A stretch of DNA of 63,810 nt, filler included, from Octopus bimaculoides (GCF_001194135.2; 5 parts of 4 records of this genome joined end to end with filler, not necessarily neighbours in it), one strand, 5' to 3'; shown: positions 27,541 through 40,985, counted from the whole stretch's first letter. Numbers and translations are program-made. Notes: generated by a model from the sequence alone, not told the origin.

Positions 27541-28105
27541 CAAGTTGTTCAAAAAATCTCTCCGCAGTGAAGTTTTTCATCCTGCGCATGCGCAACTTGG
27601 CTATCACTGCGTGGACGACCGGGTGTCAGCCATTGTCCCTCAGTCATTGTGTACCCTTCAGCGTGTCGACATACTAACCATTGAAGAACGTACGTTTTTA
27701 GTTGAATGGGTGTTTCGAGCTGGAAACAGAAGTTCAGAGAAACTTTTCCAAATACTTTTGTTCCACATGGTGACACTGTGCGGTATTTGATAAGCAAATT
27801 TATAAACACAGGCTAAGTAAAGGACCAGTGTACAAGAATCGCCCGAAAACCATTAATGAGCTAAAAGACTCAATCATAACCTTCACGCGCTCCATACCGC
27901 GTCAGACTCGCCAAGATGTATTTAAAAACATGTGTAGAAGAGTCAGCTTATGTATTGAAAATGAAGAACGACACTTTCAACACCTCTTATAAAGTATTTT
28001 AAAGTCTTGTAAAGTCTAATATATTCTTTTGTAGTCTTATACCATCTTATAAATATTTATTTTGCAACAAAATACATACTGAGGAGAGATTTTTTGAGCA
28101 CCCTG
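27541..28105 (+). mobile_element. Internally deleted Tc1/mariner element
   Basis: TIRs CAAGTTGTTCAAAAAATCTCTCC and GGAGAGATTTTTTGAGCACCCTG followed by TA. N-terminal relic LTIEERTFLVEWVFRAG; C-terminal relic VYKNRPKTINELKDSI...RRVSLCIENEERHFQHLL*. The DDE core is absent. Confidence 0.85.
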
Positions 28106-28498
28106 TACATTACATTATAATATATTATATTTTATATAATTTCAACATAGTGGTAGATCATTGTTCCAATTAAAATCACACAGACAATGTTGCATTCAGT
28201 TTTATTATGTAACATTAATATTTTCTAACAACACCATTTAAATAATAAGATATCAGATAACGTTCCTTGTTTTACATCTACTGCAACTCACTGATAGCCA
28301 ACTTGAATGCTTGGCTCGGTTTCCTTGTCTCTATTAAAGTCAATTGTTGACCAGCCCTTGTAAGATATCGGGTGTTTGTTGTGAATTTACAATATATGTG
28401 TGTATGCGTGTGTGTGTGAGTGTGTGTGTGTGTGTAGATGTATCAATTACATACATATTTATGCTTATAAATTTACATACATATATATGTATGTATAT

Positions 28499-28542
<44 letters not shown>

Positions 28543-31500
28543 NNNNNNNNNNNNNNNNNNNNNNNNNNNNNNNNNNNNNNNNNNNNNNNNNNNNNNNNNN
28601 NNNNNNNNNNNNNNNNNNNNNNNNNNNNNNNNNNNNNNNNNNNNNNNNNNNNNNNNNNNNNNNNNNNNNNNNNNNNNNNNNNNNNNNNNNNNNNNNNNNN
28701 NNNNNNNNNNNNNNNNNNNNNNNNNNNNNNNNNNNNNNNNNNNNNNNNNNNNNNNNNNNNNNNNNNNNNNNNNNNNNNNNNNNNNNNNNNNNNNNNNNNN
28801 NNNNNNNNNNNNNNNNNNNNNNNNNNNNNNNNNNNNNNNNNNNNNNNNNNNNNNNNNNNNNNNNNNNNNNNNNNNNNNNNNNNNNNNNNNNNNNNNNNNN
28901 NNNNNNNNNNNNNNNNNNNNNNNNNNNNNNNNNNNNNNNNNNNNNNNNNNNNNNNNAAAAAAAAAAAAAAAAAAAAAATCAGAAGAGGATCCTAAGAGTT
29001 CAGAAGTTCATCTTGTATTACACGTCCCATATGAATAAATATCATTCACCGCTGTCTGCGAAATAACAGCAATCACGTAGATGTAGGAAGAGAATGTGAC
29101 AAAAAAAAGAAGTGTGAAATACGTACACCTCCATACCTATACTCGTATATGCAGATTTATACAGAATTAACAGAAGCATTAATTCTTACACACATAACCA
29201 GGCATACAAGGAATAGAACATATACATATATTAGTGCGTTATACGGGCATAAACTAATCAACACGAACACGTAACGTGCTGCGTTATATTGTAAATGAAT
29301 ATGTATATATATATATGTGTGTGTGTGTATATGTATATACCTATAGAAACAAGTAGATACACAAAAATTCAGGGATATTTTATATCATGATCTATATGTG
29401 TATCNNNNNNNNNNNNNNNNNNNNNNNNNNNNNNNNNNNNNNNNNNNNNNNNNNNNNNNNNNNNNNNNNNNNNNNNNNNNNNNNNNNNNNNNNNNNNNNN
29501 NNNNNNNNNNNNNNNNNNNNNNNNNNNNNNNNNNNNNNNNNNNNNNNNNNNNNNNNNNNNNNNNNNNNNNNNNNNNNNNNNNNNNNNNNNNNNNNNNNNN
29601 NNNNNNNNNNNNNNNNNNNNNNNNNNNNNNNNNNNNNNNNNNNNNNNNNNNNNNNNNNNNNNNNNNNNNNNNNNNNNNNNNNNNNNNNNNNNNNNNNNNN
29701 NNNNNNNNNNNNNNNNNNNNNNNNNNNNNNNNNNNNNNNNNNNNNNNNNNNNNNNNNNNNNNNNNNNNNNNNNNNNNNNNNNNNNNNNNNNNNNNNNNNN
29801 NNNNNNNNNNNNNNNNNNNNNNNNNNNNNNNNNNNNNNNNNNNNNNNNNNNNNNNNNNNNNNNNNNNNNNNNNNNNNNNNNNNNNNNNNNNNNNNNNNNN
29901 NNNNNNNNNNNNNNNNNNNNNNNNNNNNNNNNNNNNNNNNNNNNNNNNNNNNNNNNNNNNNNNNNNNNNNNNNNNNNNNNNNNNNNNNNNNNNNNNNNNN
30001 NNNNNNNNNNNNNNNNNNNNNNNNNNNNNNNNNNNNNNNNNNNNNNNNNNNNNNNNNNNNNNNNNNNNNNNNNNNNNNNNNNNNNNNNNNNNNNNNNNNN
30101 NNNNNNNNNNNNNNNNNNNNNNNNNNNNNNNNNNNNNNNNNNNNNNNNNNNNNNNNNNNNNNNNNNNNNNNNNNNNNNNNNNNNNNNNNNNNNNNNNNNN
30201 NNNNNNNNNNNNNNNNNNNNNNNNNNNNNNNNNNNNNNNNNNNNNNNNNNNNNNNNNNNNNNNNNNNNNNNNNNNNNNNNNNNNNNNNNNNNNNNNNNNN
30301 NNNNNNNNNNNNNNNNNNNNNNNNNNNNNNNNNNNCGTTTCACTTTGACTTATCGTCATAATAGAATTCAAACATTTAAAAAAATTTTCTATCATTGTAC
30401 ATAATCACGCCTTCGTTTTGCAGTAACACACCAGAAAAACGCTTCCTCATTCCTACGTGCTTCTGCTATACACCTGCACACACTTGTACCTAACAACTTC
30501 CATGTTGCTCTTGCCATCGCATGTTCTCCATCAATACTTTTGTTTCCACACGCTGGCCCACGCTCTCACATCTAATAAACGCCTCCACACTAATCAACGA
30601 AACATTGCACAACCTCCCATATCTAATAAACACATCCGTATTGTCATACTTCTATACATCTATACACTTACATATGCCACACTAACACACACGGGCACAC
30701 GACACTCCTTATGCTCACTTCCAGACGCAGATACATTCTGCTACATGTTTCAGCACACCCACTAGTTTCTCACTTCTTAACTAGACCCCCAACGACATCG
30801 AACAGCAATCTCCATCCTACCTTCTAATCCCCTGGCTTCCTCTAGCGTGAGCCCTCCCCTCCTCTCTCTCTNNNNNNNNNNNNNNNNNNNNNNNNNNNNN
30901 NNNNNNNNNNNNNNNNNNNNNNNNNNNNNNNNNNNNNNNNNNNNNNNNNNNNNNNNNNNNNNNNNNNNNNNNNNNNNNNNNNNNNNNNNNNNNNNNNNNN
31001 NNNNNNNNNNNNNNNNNNNNNNNNNNNNNNNNNNNNNNNNNNNNNNNNNNNNNNNNNNNNNNNNNNNNNNNNNNNNNNNNNNNNNNNNNNNNNNNNNNNN
31101 NNNNNNNNNNNNNNNNNNNNNNNNNNNNNNNNNNNNNNNNNNNNNNNNNNNNNNNNNNNNNNNNNNNNNNNNNNNNNNNNNNNNNNNNNNNNNNNNNNNN
31201 NNNNNNNNNNNNNNNNNNNNNNNNNNNNNNNNNNNNNNNNNNNNNNNNNNNNNNNNNNNNNNNNNNNNNNNNNNNNNNNNNNNNNNNNNNNNNNNNNNNN
31301 NNNNNNNNNNNNNNNNNNNNNNNNNNNNNNNNNNNNNNNNNNNNNNNNNNNNNNNNNNNNNNNNNNNNNNNNNNNNNNNNNNNNNNNNNNNNNNNNNNNN
31401 NNNNNNNNNNNNNNNNNNNNNNNNNNNNNNNNNNNNNNNNNNNNNNNNNNNNNNNNNNNNNNNNNNNNNNNNNNNNNNNNNNNNNNNNNNNNNNNNNNNN

Positions 31501-31860
31501 NNNNNNNNNNNNNNNNNNNNNNNNNNNNNNNNNNNNNNNNNNNNNNNNNNNNNNNNNNNNNNNNNNNNNNNNNNNNNNNNNNNNNNNNNNNNNNNNNNNN
31601 NNNNNNNNNNNNNNNNNNNNNNNNNNNNNNNNNNNNNNNNNNNNNNNNNNNNNNNNNNNNNNNNNNNNNNNNNNNNNNNNNNNNNNNNNNNNNNNNNNNN
31701 NNNNNNNNNNNNNNNNNNNNNNNNNNNNNNNNNNNNNNNNNNNNNNNNNNNNNNNNNNNNNNNNNNNNNNNNNNNNNNNNNNNNNNNNNNNNNNNNNNNN
31801 NNNNNNNNNNNNNNNNNNNNNNNNNNNNNNNNNNNNNNNNNNNNNNNNNNNNNNNNNNNN

Positions 31861-31904
<44 letters not shown>

Positions 31905-32110
31905 GTACATATTTTTATGTACATATATGTATATATAGATTGTACACATAGATGTATTCGTACACACACACAGATACACACAAATATTAATATATATGTA
32001 TGCATGCATGTCTGTGTATATGTATATCTCTATATATGTATATGTATGTAGGTGAAGCATCTATGACGTATGTGCTGTATGAAAGTATCAAAACAAAAAT
32101 GCTGTACATC

Positions 32111-32168
<58 letters not shown>

Positions 32169-32176
32169 TAGTAGTA
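32111..32176. repeat. (TAG)n microsatellite
   Basis: Direct read. Confidence 0.95.
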
Positions 32177-32696
32177 ACGATTGACGAGTGAATGTTACTT
32201 AAAGACAACATTTGTTATAATGTTCCCGGTCAGCCTCATGATGTCACACTCATCGCGTAAACAAACATTCATCTAACTGTACTCTCCTGTTTCATCTAAC
32301 ATCACTCATTATGAATGACCGTATTTTACATTTATATATTTGTTTGTTTAATTGTTTATTTATTTAATGAATTATTTAAGACTGCCCCATTCGCTCACTC
32401 TCTTTTTTTTCCTTCTTTCACCCTCCCTCATTCTTCCTTACTTTATCTTTCTTCAGTCTCCTCTCCCTAATTCACACACCCACATATACACACACGGACG
32501 CACATACGCACGCACACATACACACACACACTCATAGATACGTGTGTGTGTATAAAATATATAGAAACACTTACCTACATACATTATATACTTATATATA
32601 TATGTATATATATGTATATATATATATATATATATATACATACGTGCATACATACATTATATCCATCCATACATAATAAATACATCATATATATAT

Positions 32697-32840
32697 ATTT
32701 ATTTCTTTATTGTCCACAGGGGGCTAAACATAGAGGGGACAAACAAGGACAGACAAGGGGATTAAGTCGATTACATCGACCCCAGAGATTATCTGGTACT
32801 TATTTAATCAACCCTGAAGGATGACAGGCAAAGTCGACCT
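32697..32840 (-). mobile_element. SINE family B 3' half, tail type 1
   Basis: TTTCTTTATTGTCCACAGGGGGCTAAACATAGAGGGGACAAACAAGGAC joined to the family B core. Confidence 0.85.
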
Positions 32841-32850
32841 CACATACATG

Positions 32851-32980
32851 CACCTACCTACCTACCTGCCTGCTTGCCTGCCTGCCTGCCTGCCTGCCTG
32901 CCTGCATGCATGCATGCATGCATGCATACATACATACATACATACGTACGTAAATACATACATACATACATACATACATA
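32851..32980. repeat. Compound tetranucleotide microsatellite CCTA-CCTG-CATG-CATA
   Basis: Direct read. Confidence 0.9.
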
Positions 32981-33434
32981 TGAAGTCACAAAACCTGAAT
33001 GCATATTGCGATGCGTAGGAGTTGTAGCTTCAGATTCTTAGACCATCGGAATTTTTACATTTTGTAGCTTTTGGCCCACCTTGTATTCATAAAATATATG
33101 TATATTTGTATGTGTGTATGTGTGTATGTATACATATATGCAGGCGCATATATATATATATACATATACATACAAACACAAACACACAAATACACACACG
33201 CACACATACACACACACGTACACACGCACACACACACGCACACACACATACACACGCGCACACACACACATTAAACTCAAACCGACTATTGGTATTGTGA
33301 ATGCATTTAATACAGGGGTTTCAGATCATTATGTAAGAGATAAAGATTTCATCTCTTACATAACATGAAGAGGTAAAGACGGAGCATGGAAGATTAGAGT
33401 AACATACATACATACATACATACATACATATTGC

Positions 33435-33647
33435 AAATGTCTAGACATGCAACTACATGCGTGAGAATACATGCATAAAATATTTAAATCTGCACAAGCA
33501 CTGACTTCAAATATTGCACTATACACACAAACATGCACAAATGCCCAACTGATGTTGTTGAAATTCCAATGAAGGGGCCATGGAACTGGATTAGAAACTT
33601 ACTCTTTCTCTATTGGTAAGAAATCTTGAAATAAAACTGAGTAATGA
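33435..33647 (+). mobile_element. 3' UTR fragment of the R4/Dong-like family
   Basis: ATGTCTAGACATGCAA...TCTCTATTGGTAAGAAATCTTGAAATAAAACTGAGTAATGA matches 49275-49470 and 49660-49712. Confidence 0.75.
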
Positions 33648-33822
33648 CATCCATCCATGTAAAAATGTGAACTTTCCTTTCATCTCATCATGACTAGTTC
33701 GTCTTAAAGCGATCGAAATCGGTAACTGGTTTGTTAAAATATAAATAGTCTTTTACATGATACCGTGTGTGTGTGTGTATGTATATACATGTTGGCCGAA
33801 AGTCACGCACCAACACATTTGA

Positions 33823-33825
<3 letters not shown>

Positions 33826-33880
<55 letters not shown>
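33826..33880. repeat. (ATT)n microsatellite
   Basis: Direct read. Confidence 0.95.
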
Positions 33881-33882
<2 letters not shown>

Positions 33883-34461
33883 TGAGCGAGAGAGCAGTGC
33901 ATGCTATCAAAGTGACACGGGGGTAAAATATACGAAGCCCAGTATACCCATCATGAGTACCTGTCTGATAATGGTACACCAGGCACATGCATCACAACCA
34001 TCTGTGCGCAACACAGTGATCTCATATCAAGATAAACAGCGCATGACCTTGAAGGTGGGGCCCAGTTAGAATTTTTTTCAGGTCGAGTAGCCCATCCCGC
34101 TCAAAATGTCCCCGAAAAAGGGTTGTTTAAGGATGTTGAACGAAACACCCACGTTTCCAAAGGTGAATTATCCAAACCTCAAAGAATTCCTCCCAGCACA
34201 TGGCTATGATGCTCTCCAACTACTTCTACTCGTGATCAGAGATGCACATATCGTCAGCCACTAAGGGATATGCTCAACTGATTAAGATCAAGCAACTGAC
34301 AAGCAGAATATTTGCTGTAGCCCATCTTTTATACCAAGACAAAACAATCTACATGATGACACATCCAATCAGTCAAGATAAGAAACTATGAGAGCCGATG
34401 TCTGGTACTGTATCAAGGCATTTATTATTAGTATTATTATTATTATTATTATTATTACTAT

Positions 34462-34496
<35 letters not shown>

Positions 34497-34619
34497 TTCA
34501 TTTTGCTCATCGTGTACATGTACGTGTACATTCATCATTTTATTCAATTTTCTTCAATTATAGAAAAACTGAAGCATGTCTTTGACAATTCCGTCGCGAA
34601 TTCAACTCATTTTGTTCGT

Positions 34620-34719
34620 NNNNNNNNNNNNNNNNNNNNNNNNNNNNNNNNNNNNNNNNNNNNTTAATTAATTAANNNNNNNNNNNNNNNNNNNNNNNNN
34701 NNNNNNNNNNNNNNNNNNN
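34620..34719. other. Artificial scaffold spacer
   Basis: Same 44+12+44 design. Confidence 0.95.
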
Positions 34720-35194
34720 TATGAGTGCGTGTGTCTTTTTAAAGAGTATCAAAGTTTTTCTTCGCAGAATTTAAGTCGGTCACTAACAAATTGACAAGTC
34801 CTCTTTGCTTGAATCAAGATGTTTGCAGGCTTTATTTGTATGTTTGGTTTTGAGTGTGCGTATATGTGTGTGCGCGTGTATATATGTGTGTGTGTGTATG
34901 TATGTCTCTGTGTGTGTCTTTGAACTAGTTTGTATAAAAATGTAACGTTCCTAATCAATACCAGAGAGGAGTTTCTCACCAGCACTAATTACCTGCATTT
35001 AGTATTAATGACATAAGGTGATCGAAGCACCGAGAGAGAGAGTGGGGGGGGGAGATATACAGAGAAAGAGAGGATACAGAGCGAGTCAGAAAGAGTGAGA
35101 GAGAGTGAGTGAGAAGGCATCAACATGAATACTAGACCTACTCAAAATAGGGGCGAAACACTCTACGATCCTTAATGTGCAAGGAATCAATTCT

Positions 35195-35307
35195 ATTACT
35201 TATAAATTGGTCGGCCCGAAGCTATAGAAGAAGACACTTGCCCAAGGTGCCACACAGTGGGATTGAACCTGGAATCATGTGGGTGGGAAGCAAGCTTCTT
35301 ACCACTG
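35195..35307 (-). mobile_element. SINE family A
   Basis: GAAGACACTTGCCCAAGGTGCCACACAGTGGGATTGAACC is the reverse complement of the family A head and core. Confidence 0.85.
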
Positions 35308-35811
35308 AGAGATAGATATACAAACACGCACACAAATGCACAAATGCAACTACATAGATACTCATGCTATATAATTCGAAATAAATGAATATATGAAAAT
35401 GAATTGGCGTGAAAAAAAGGAATGGGATCGATTCATTCGACTAAACATTCTGCAAGGCGGTGCCCCAGCATGGCCGCAGTCTAATGACTAAAACAAATAA
35501 ACGATAAAAGATACAGAAAGATAAACGATATAATCGAAAAATATGTGTAATAGACATTAATTATATATATATATACATATTACATACGTATATGTATATT
35601 TATACATATTTATATGAATATATTTATATNNNNNNNNNNNNNNNNNNNNNNNNNNNNNNNNNNNNNNNNNNNNNNNNNNNNNNNNNNNNNNNNNNNNNNN
35701 NNNNNNNNNNNNNNNNNNNNNNNNNNNNNNNNNNNNNNNNNNNNNNNNNNNNNNNNNNNNNNNNNNNNNNNNNTATATAATACATATATATTTTTATATA
35801 TATTACATATA

Positions 35812-35856
<45 letters not shown>

Positions 35857-36405
35857 TACATATATACAATATATAAGTGTGTGTCAGTGTGTGCCTGCGC
35901 TAATATTTCTGTGACAATTTCCATATTTAAATCTATCTGCAATTATCAGAATTGTGCATAAAACTAGGAAAGTCTATGTGGTGTATGTCTGTACATGTGG
36001 TGTATTCGAATGTTAGCGGGTGTGTCTGTCTGTATACATATACATGCATAAGTGTGTGTGTGCGTGAGAGAGAGAGAGAGAGATAAAGGGGGAGGGAGAA
36101 GAAGACAGAAAGAGAGAGAGGAAATATTTTGTATTTGTGTACATGCTTGTGGGTGATTGTGCAAATATATATATACATGTAGGAGAATACCTGTAAATGT
36201 ATATATGTTGTACACAAGACAAACTTAGCCGTCTTTCTGTCCAACTGTGCATTGTAAAGAAAAAAAAAATTAAACAAAACACTAAACGTATAGTTGAAGA
36301 TAATGTTCACCGCTCGCAGGCATAATTGCGTCTATATCGTTACATTCACCATTACAGATGTACGTAAATGTATATATGTGGACAGGGACTCGTATGTATA
36401 TACAT

Positions 36406-36441
<36 letters not shown>

Positions 36442-36605
36442 NNNNNNNNNNATATATATATATATATATAGATATATATATATATATATATATAAACATA
36501 CATTATGCATACATACATGAACATATACACAAGTATACACATGTGAGTGCGTGTATGTGCACATTCATCTTCTGCATAAACACACGCACTTATACACATG
36601 TATGC

Positions 36606-36644
<39 letters not shown>

Positions 36645-36672
36645 CATACATAATGCATGCACACATGCACAT

Positions 36673-36713
<41 letters not shown>

Positions 36714-36787
36714 CATATATATATGCACATATACATTATGCATACACACATGCACTTATACACCATGTATACATATATATACATGCG

Positions 36788-36820
<33 letters not shown>

Positions 36821-37123
36821 AATGTCTATCTGATTAGAAGGCGCTGGGTGTGTGGGAGAAAGAAAATCGGTGAGCAAGATATATGTATGCAATTGTATGT
36901 GTGTGAGTGTGCCATACGACCATATCTTACATACGTACACAAATAGACCCAAACACACACACACTCCCTGAGGCGCTGAGGTACACATCCCTACGCAAAT
37001 TTATGTGTGCTGTCTTCATGAGCTATTCACCTTTGGCCGTTAAGTAAACGTTTGTAAGATCTTGCTTGTGATACTTTTAGCTTGCGTGTATGAGTTTACG
37101 GATGTGTCCGTGTTTGTGTTGAT

Positions 37124-37259
<136 letters not shown>

Positions 37260-37507
37260 AATTTATGTCCCTTTCAGAATTTGTCTATGTGTGCGACAGT
37301 GGATTTACCTTAATAGGATGTGAGAACCGGATGACGTCACCAGCTGAAAAGAAATACGTAGAGTGGATAAACCAGACTCTCTGGCGAATGTGAAAAAATA
37401 TGGGATGTACACAGGAGCTTCAAAAAAATGACTTACAAGACTGCGTTGCTATTTTGTATGCGTGGGCTGTATATATATATATATGTATATATATATATAC
37501 ATGCATT

Positions 37508-37547
<40 letters not shown>

Positions 37548-37550
<3 letters not shown>

Positions 37551-37739
37551 TTATATAAAGGCATTACTATATAATAATGCCTCACGCTTAGAGGGACTAA
37601 ATAAGTCAAAACTACCAAAAAATAAGCAACATATTTACCGAAAGCGAGGAAATATGTTGCTTATTTTTTGGTAGTTTTGACTTATTTAGTCCCTCTAAGC
37701 GTTAGGCATTATTATATAGTTAATGCCCTTATATAAATT
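37548..37739. mobile_element. Foldback MITE-like palindrome (~89-bp arms, 13-nt loop)
   Basis: 37548-37636 is the near-perfect reverse complement of 37650-37739; flanked by TA runs. Confidence 0.8.
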
Positions 37740-37842
37740 ATATATATTTAAAGAAAAAAACGATGGGTTTTTTTCCTTATGGGTTTTTTCCCGCTGACTA
37801 CTTGATAAATTCTTATAAAGATTTTATCCTATATTATATTAT

Positions 37843-37913
<71 letters not shown>
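37843..37913. repeat. (GATA)n microsatellite
   Basis: Direct read. Confidence 0.95.
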
Positions 37914-38000
37914 CCTGCATGTATATCATACATATATATATACATCACATGCATGTATATTATATATATACATGCATGTATATTATATATATGTATGTAT

Positions 38001-38083
<83 letters not shown>

Positions 38084-38581
38084 AGAGAGAGGATAAAGAG
38101 AAGAGAGAGGAGAGGATTATTTAATGTCTTGCGTATTTTTATCTTAGACCTCAGGCTATATAATTTCAATAAGATTTGGCTGCTATTTGTAGCAAATCAA
38201 GAAGACCACGCAGATGCTACGTTGCTGGCTCGTTGTTGGTTAGAGTTCAATTGAGAGGTGTTTTAAAATGTGACATAATATTATCTGTCTCATCATTATA
38301 ACAAAATGTTGAACAGAATTGTCACAAGGTTCCCAGATTTTCTAGAGTATGTATCTCATATCATCATGAAATCGTAATCCTTGTTTATGACATCCTGGGC
38401 GGTGCTGCACACTGGAAACCGAATTTTGTGCTAACAAAAGGTCAAACTGACAATGTTAATAATGGAGAAAGGATACACACTCACGCACACTAAAACACAA
38501 TGCACATCAAAATGCAACGTACACGCACACACCATGCATACCCACAAATACATACATAGATATAGGCACGTACGTACGTAC

Positions 38582-38618
<37 letters not shown>

Positions 38619-39035
38619 TTCATACATACATCATACATCTATACTAACAAATACATACACATGTATTGTATGTAAAAAGATATAAATACACAATGTTGTC
38701 TGTTCAATTTGCTCTCTAATTTCCGGAAATCGTTATTTTAGCAGTATGTCATGAAGTTGAGTTTCATTGGAAATTTCAATTGGGTGTCAAAGCCAGAGTG
38801 TCGGCTCTAAACAACAGTCATAAATCTAAATGTTACCCACCGATTTTTTGTATCATCGTTTCATTTGGGGTCATTTATGATTACTTCTTGAAATTTTGCT
38901 CTCGCTCTGTGTTAGCAGAGTATTTTAAAGGCGTTGATTATGTAAGATACTACCGCATTGCGAAAGATGGTACGGAAACATTTGTAATTTATAATTAAAG
39001 ATGTGTTTGAGAATTTTATGTCTTCTTTTCATTGC

Positions 39036-39066
<31 letters not shown>

Positions 39067-39068
39067 AT

Positions 39069-39166
39069 AGACGCAGGGTTGTCTGTGTGGTAAATAGCTT
39101 GCTTACCAACCGCATGGTTCCGGGTTCAGTCCAACTGCGTGGCACCTTGGACAAGTGTCTTCTATA
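39069..39166 (+). mobile_element. SINE family A head
   Basis: GCTTGCTTACCAACCGCATGGTTCCGGGTTCAGTCCAACTGCGTGGCACCTTGGACAAGTGTCTTCT. Confidence 0.85.
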
Positions 39167-39365
39167 TACATGTATGTAATACTTTAATACACTTCCTCAT
39201 TCCCTTTAATTGTCTATGTCATTTCTATTCTGTGTAAGTTGGCCCTTATGATATCTATACAGTTATACATTGTTTGTATTTCCTGTATTTAATATGCTTT
39301 ATATATTGATCTGTCTAACTTCTGTGTACGAATGGGTTTGGTGATAAAAACAAGAATATAGAACG

Positions 39366-39410
<45 letters not shown>

Positions 39411-39465
39411 NNNNNNNNNNNNNNNNNNNNNNNNNNNNNNNNNNNNNNNNNNNNNNNNNNNNNNN

Positions 39466-39608
39466 TTTAAATTTAATTTGTCAAAATATTTTCGTCGCTT
39501 CGAAACCGCGACCTGTTCGCTGACAAAATTCCATGCAGCTCGGAATGTTGTCAGTGAACAGGTCGCGGTTTCGAAGCGACGAAAATATTTTGACAAATTA
39601 AATTTAAA
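39466..39608. repeat. Near-perfect inverted repeat (67-bp arms, 9-nt loop)
   Basis: 39466-39532 versus 39542-39608 with 2 mismatches; the left end abuts an N gap. Confidence 0.9.
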
Positions 39609-40267
39609 TGTTGAAGTGAATCTAACGGTTTTTGTGTGTTTTTAAATGGCTTATAAACACCTTCCACGCTGAAATTATACGTGTGTATGTATATATATAT
39701 ATAGAGAGAGAGAGACAAAGTGAAGCAGAGAGAGTTTTAGCAGACAGTCTTTTTCGTCATGTATGCTACAATTACAAACAAGTTTAACAAATTACCAGTC
39801 AGCTGCTTTTTTATTTTTTCAACACTGTCTTTCCATCGGTCAAAAAATTTTCTTTTATATTTTCGTTTTCTTTGGCTTTTTTATTGTTTGTAAAATTTCT
39901 CTGACGTTAACGTCTGTTAAATCTCTTCCAAACTTACCTTGATTCGTATGCGGTTGTATATGTAAACACAGAAGCTCACACACACACACACACATTATCA
40001 TGCACACATTTTCAGATACCTTGCAAATTGTCATAGGTCTTTGAATGGCAGCAATAGCAGAAAGGGCCTTATCTGAGGCCACTGAGAAATATTTTCGTAA
40101 GTTGTGCTGCCTTGAATTCGCCCTTGAGTTGTCAGTGCTACGAAGGGATCAGCAATCCAATCGGAATCATGATCTAAACAGCAAAAGAACCTCCACAATG
40201 TTAAAACTTAGTTTTCTACGGTCACATCTATCATAAAATTGCATTTATTTTTATATATCAGGAAAAT

Positions 40268-40490
40268 TAATAAAAGCGACAAACTGGCAAAAACGTTAGC
40301 ACGTCAAATAAAATGTTTGGCAATATTTCTTCCGGTTTTCTGCATCCTGAGTTCAAATTCTGCTAAGGTCGACTCTGCCTTTCTTTCTTTTAGGATTGAT
40401 ACATAAGCACCAGTTGAGCAATGAGGTCGATATAATCAACAGGACCCACTCCTAAAATTACTAACCTTGAGCCAAAATTTGAAGCCATTT
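40268..40490 (+). mobile_element. SINE family B
   Basis: Head CTGGCAAAAACGTTAGCAC, B-box GAGTTCAAATTC, tail CCAAAATTTGAAGCC. Confidence 0.8.
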
Positions 40491-40854
40491 AATTTCGATA
40501 TTTACAAGATTGCTTAGAATATTCTACTTAAACAACCTTGGAATACACAGATTTATAGATTGTCGCAAATAGCCACTCGATCGAATAAAGTTAAAGTTAA
40601 CTTTATTCGATCGAGTAGATTGCAAGATCCAGTCCCAAGTAAAATCAGACATTTCAAAAAAATTTAACATAAATTCATAGTCTCTTTAAGAAAAAAAACC
40701 TTTATTCAAAATATGCGCCTAAACAATCGCATCGCCCATATTCGGTGCTTTGTTGTGGTAGCGTATAAGTTGAGAAAAGTTAAGGTGAGATAACCGCAAG
40801 AAATTACAATCACGAAGCATGTGATTCATAGTGTCGGTGTCCAATCGATCGGAG

Positions 40855-40985
40855 GGTCACTCATTTACAATCGAGTGAAGAGGAGCAACGTGAAATAAAT
40901 GTTTTGCTCAAGAGTACAACGTAGTGCCCGGTCTGGGAATCGAAATCACGATCGCAAAATCGTGAATGTAACGCCCTAACCACTA
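40855..40985 (-). mobile_element. SINE family C head
   Basis: GGAGCAACGTGAAATAAATGTTTTGCTCAAG is the reverse complement of the family C body. Confidence 0.75.

Noticed and set aside
30400-30860. G-poor, C/A-skewed segment as a second possible NUMT
   Set aside because: It reads as decayed (CA)/(CT)-derived simple sequence with no mitochondrial gene or tRNA features.
38390-38430. Peptide GAAHWK, echoing the UBALD QAAHWQ motif
   Set aside because: It lies 33 kb downstream of the terminal exon with non-matching flanking residues; chance similarity.
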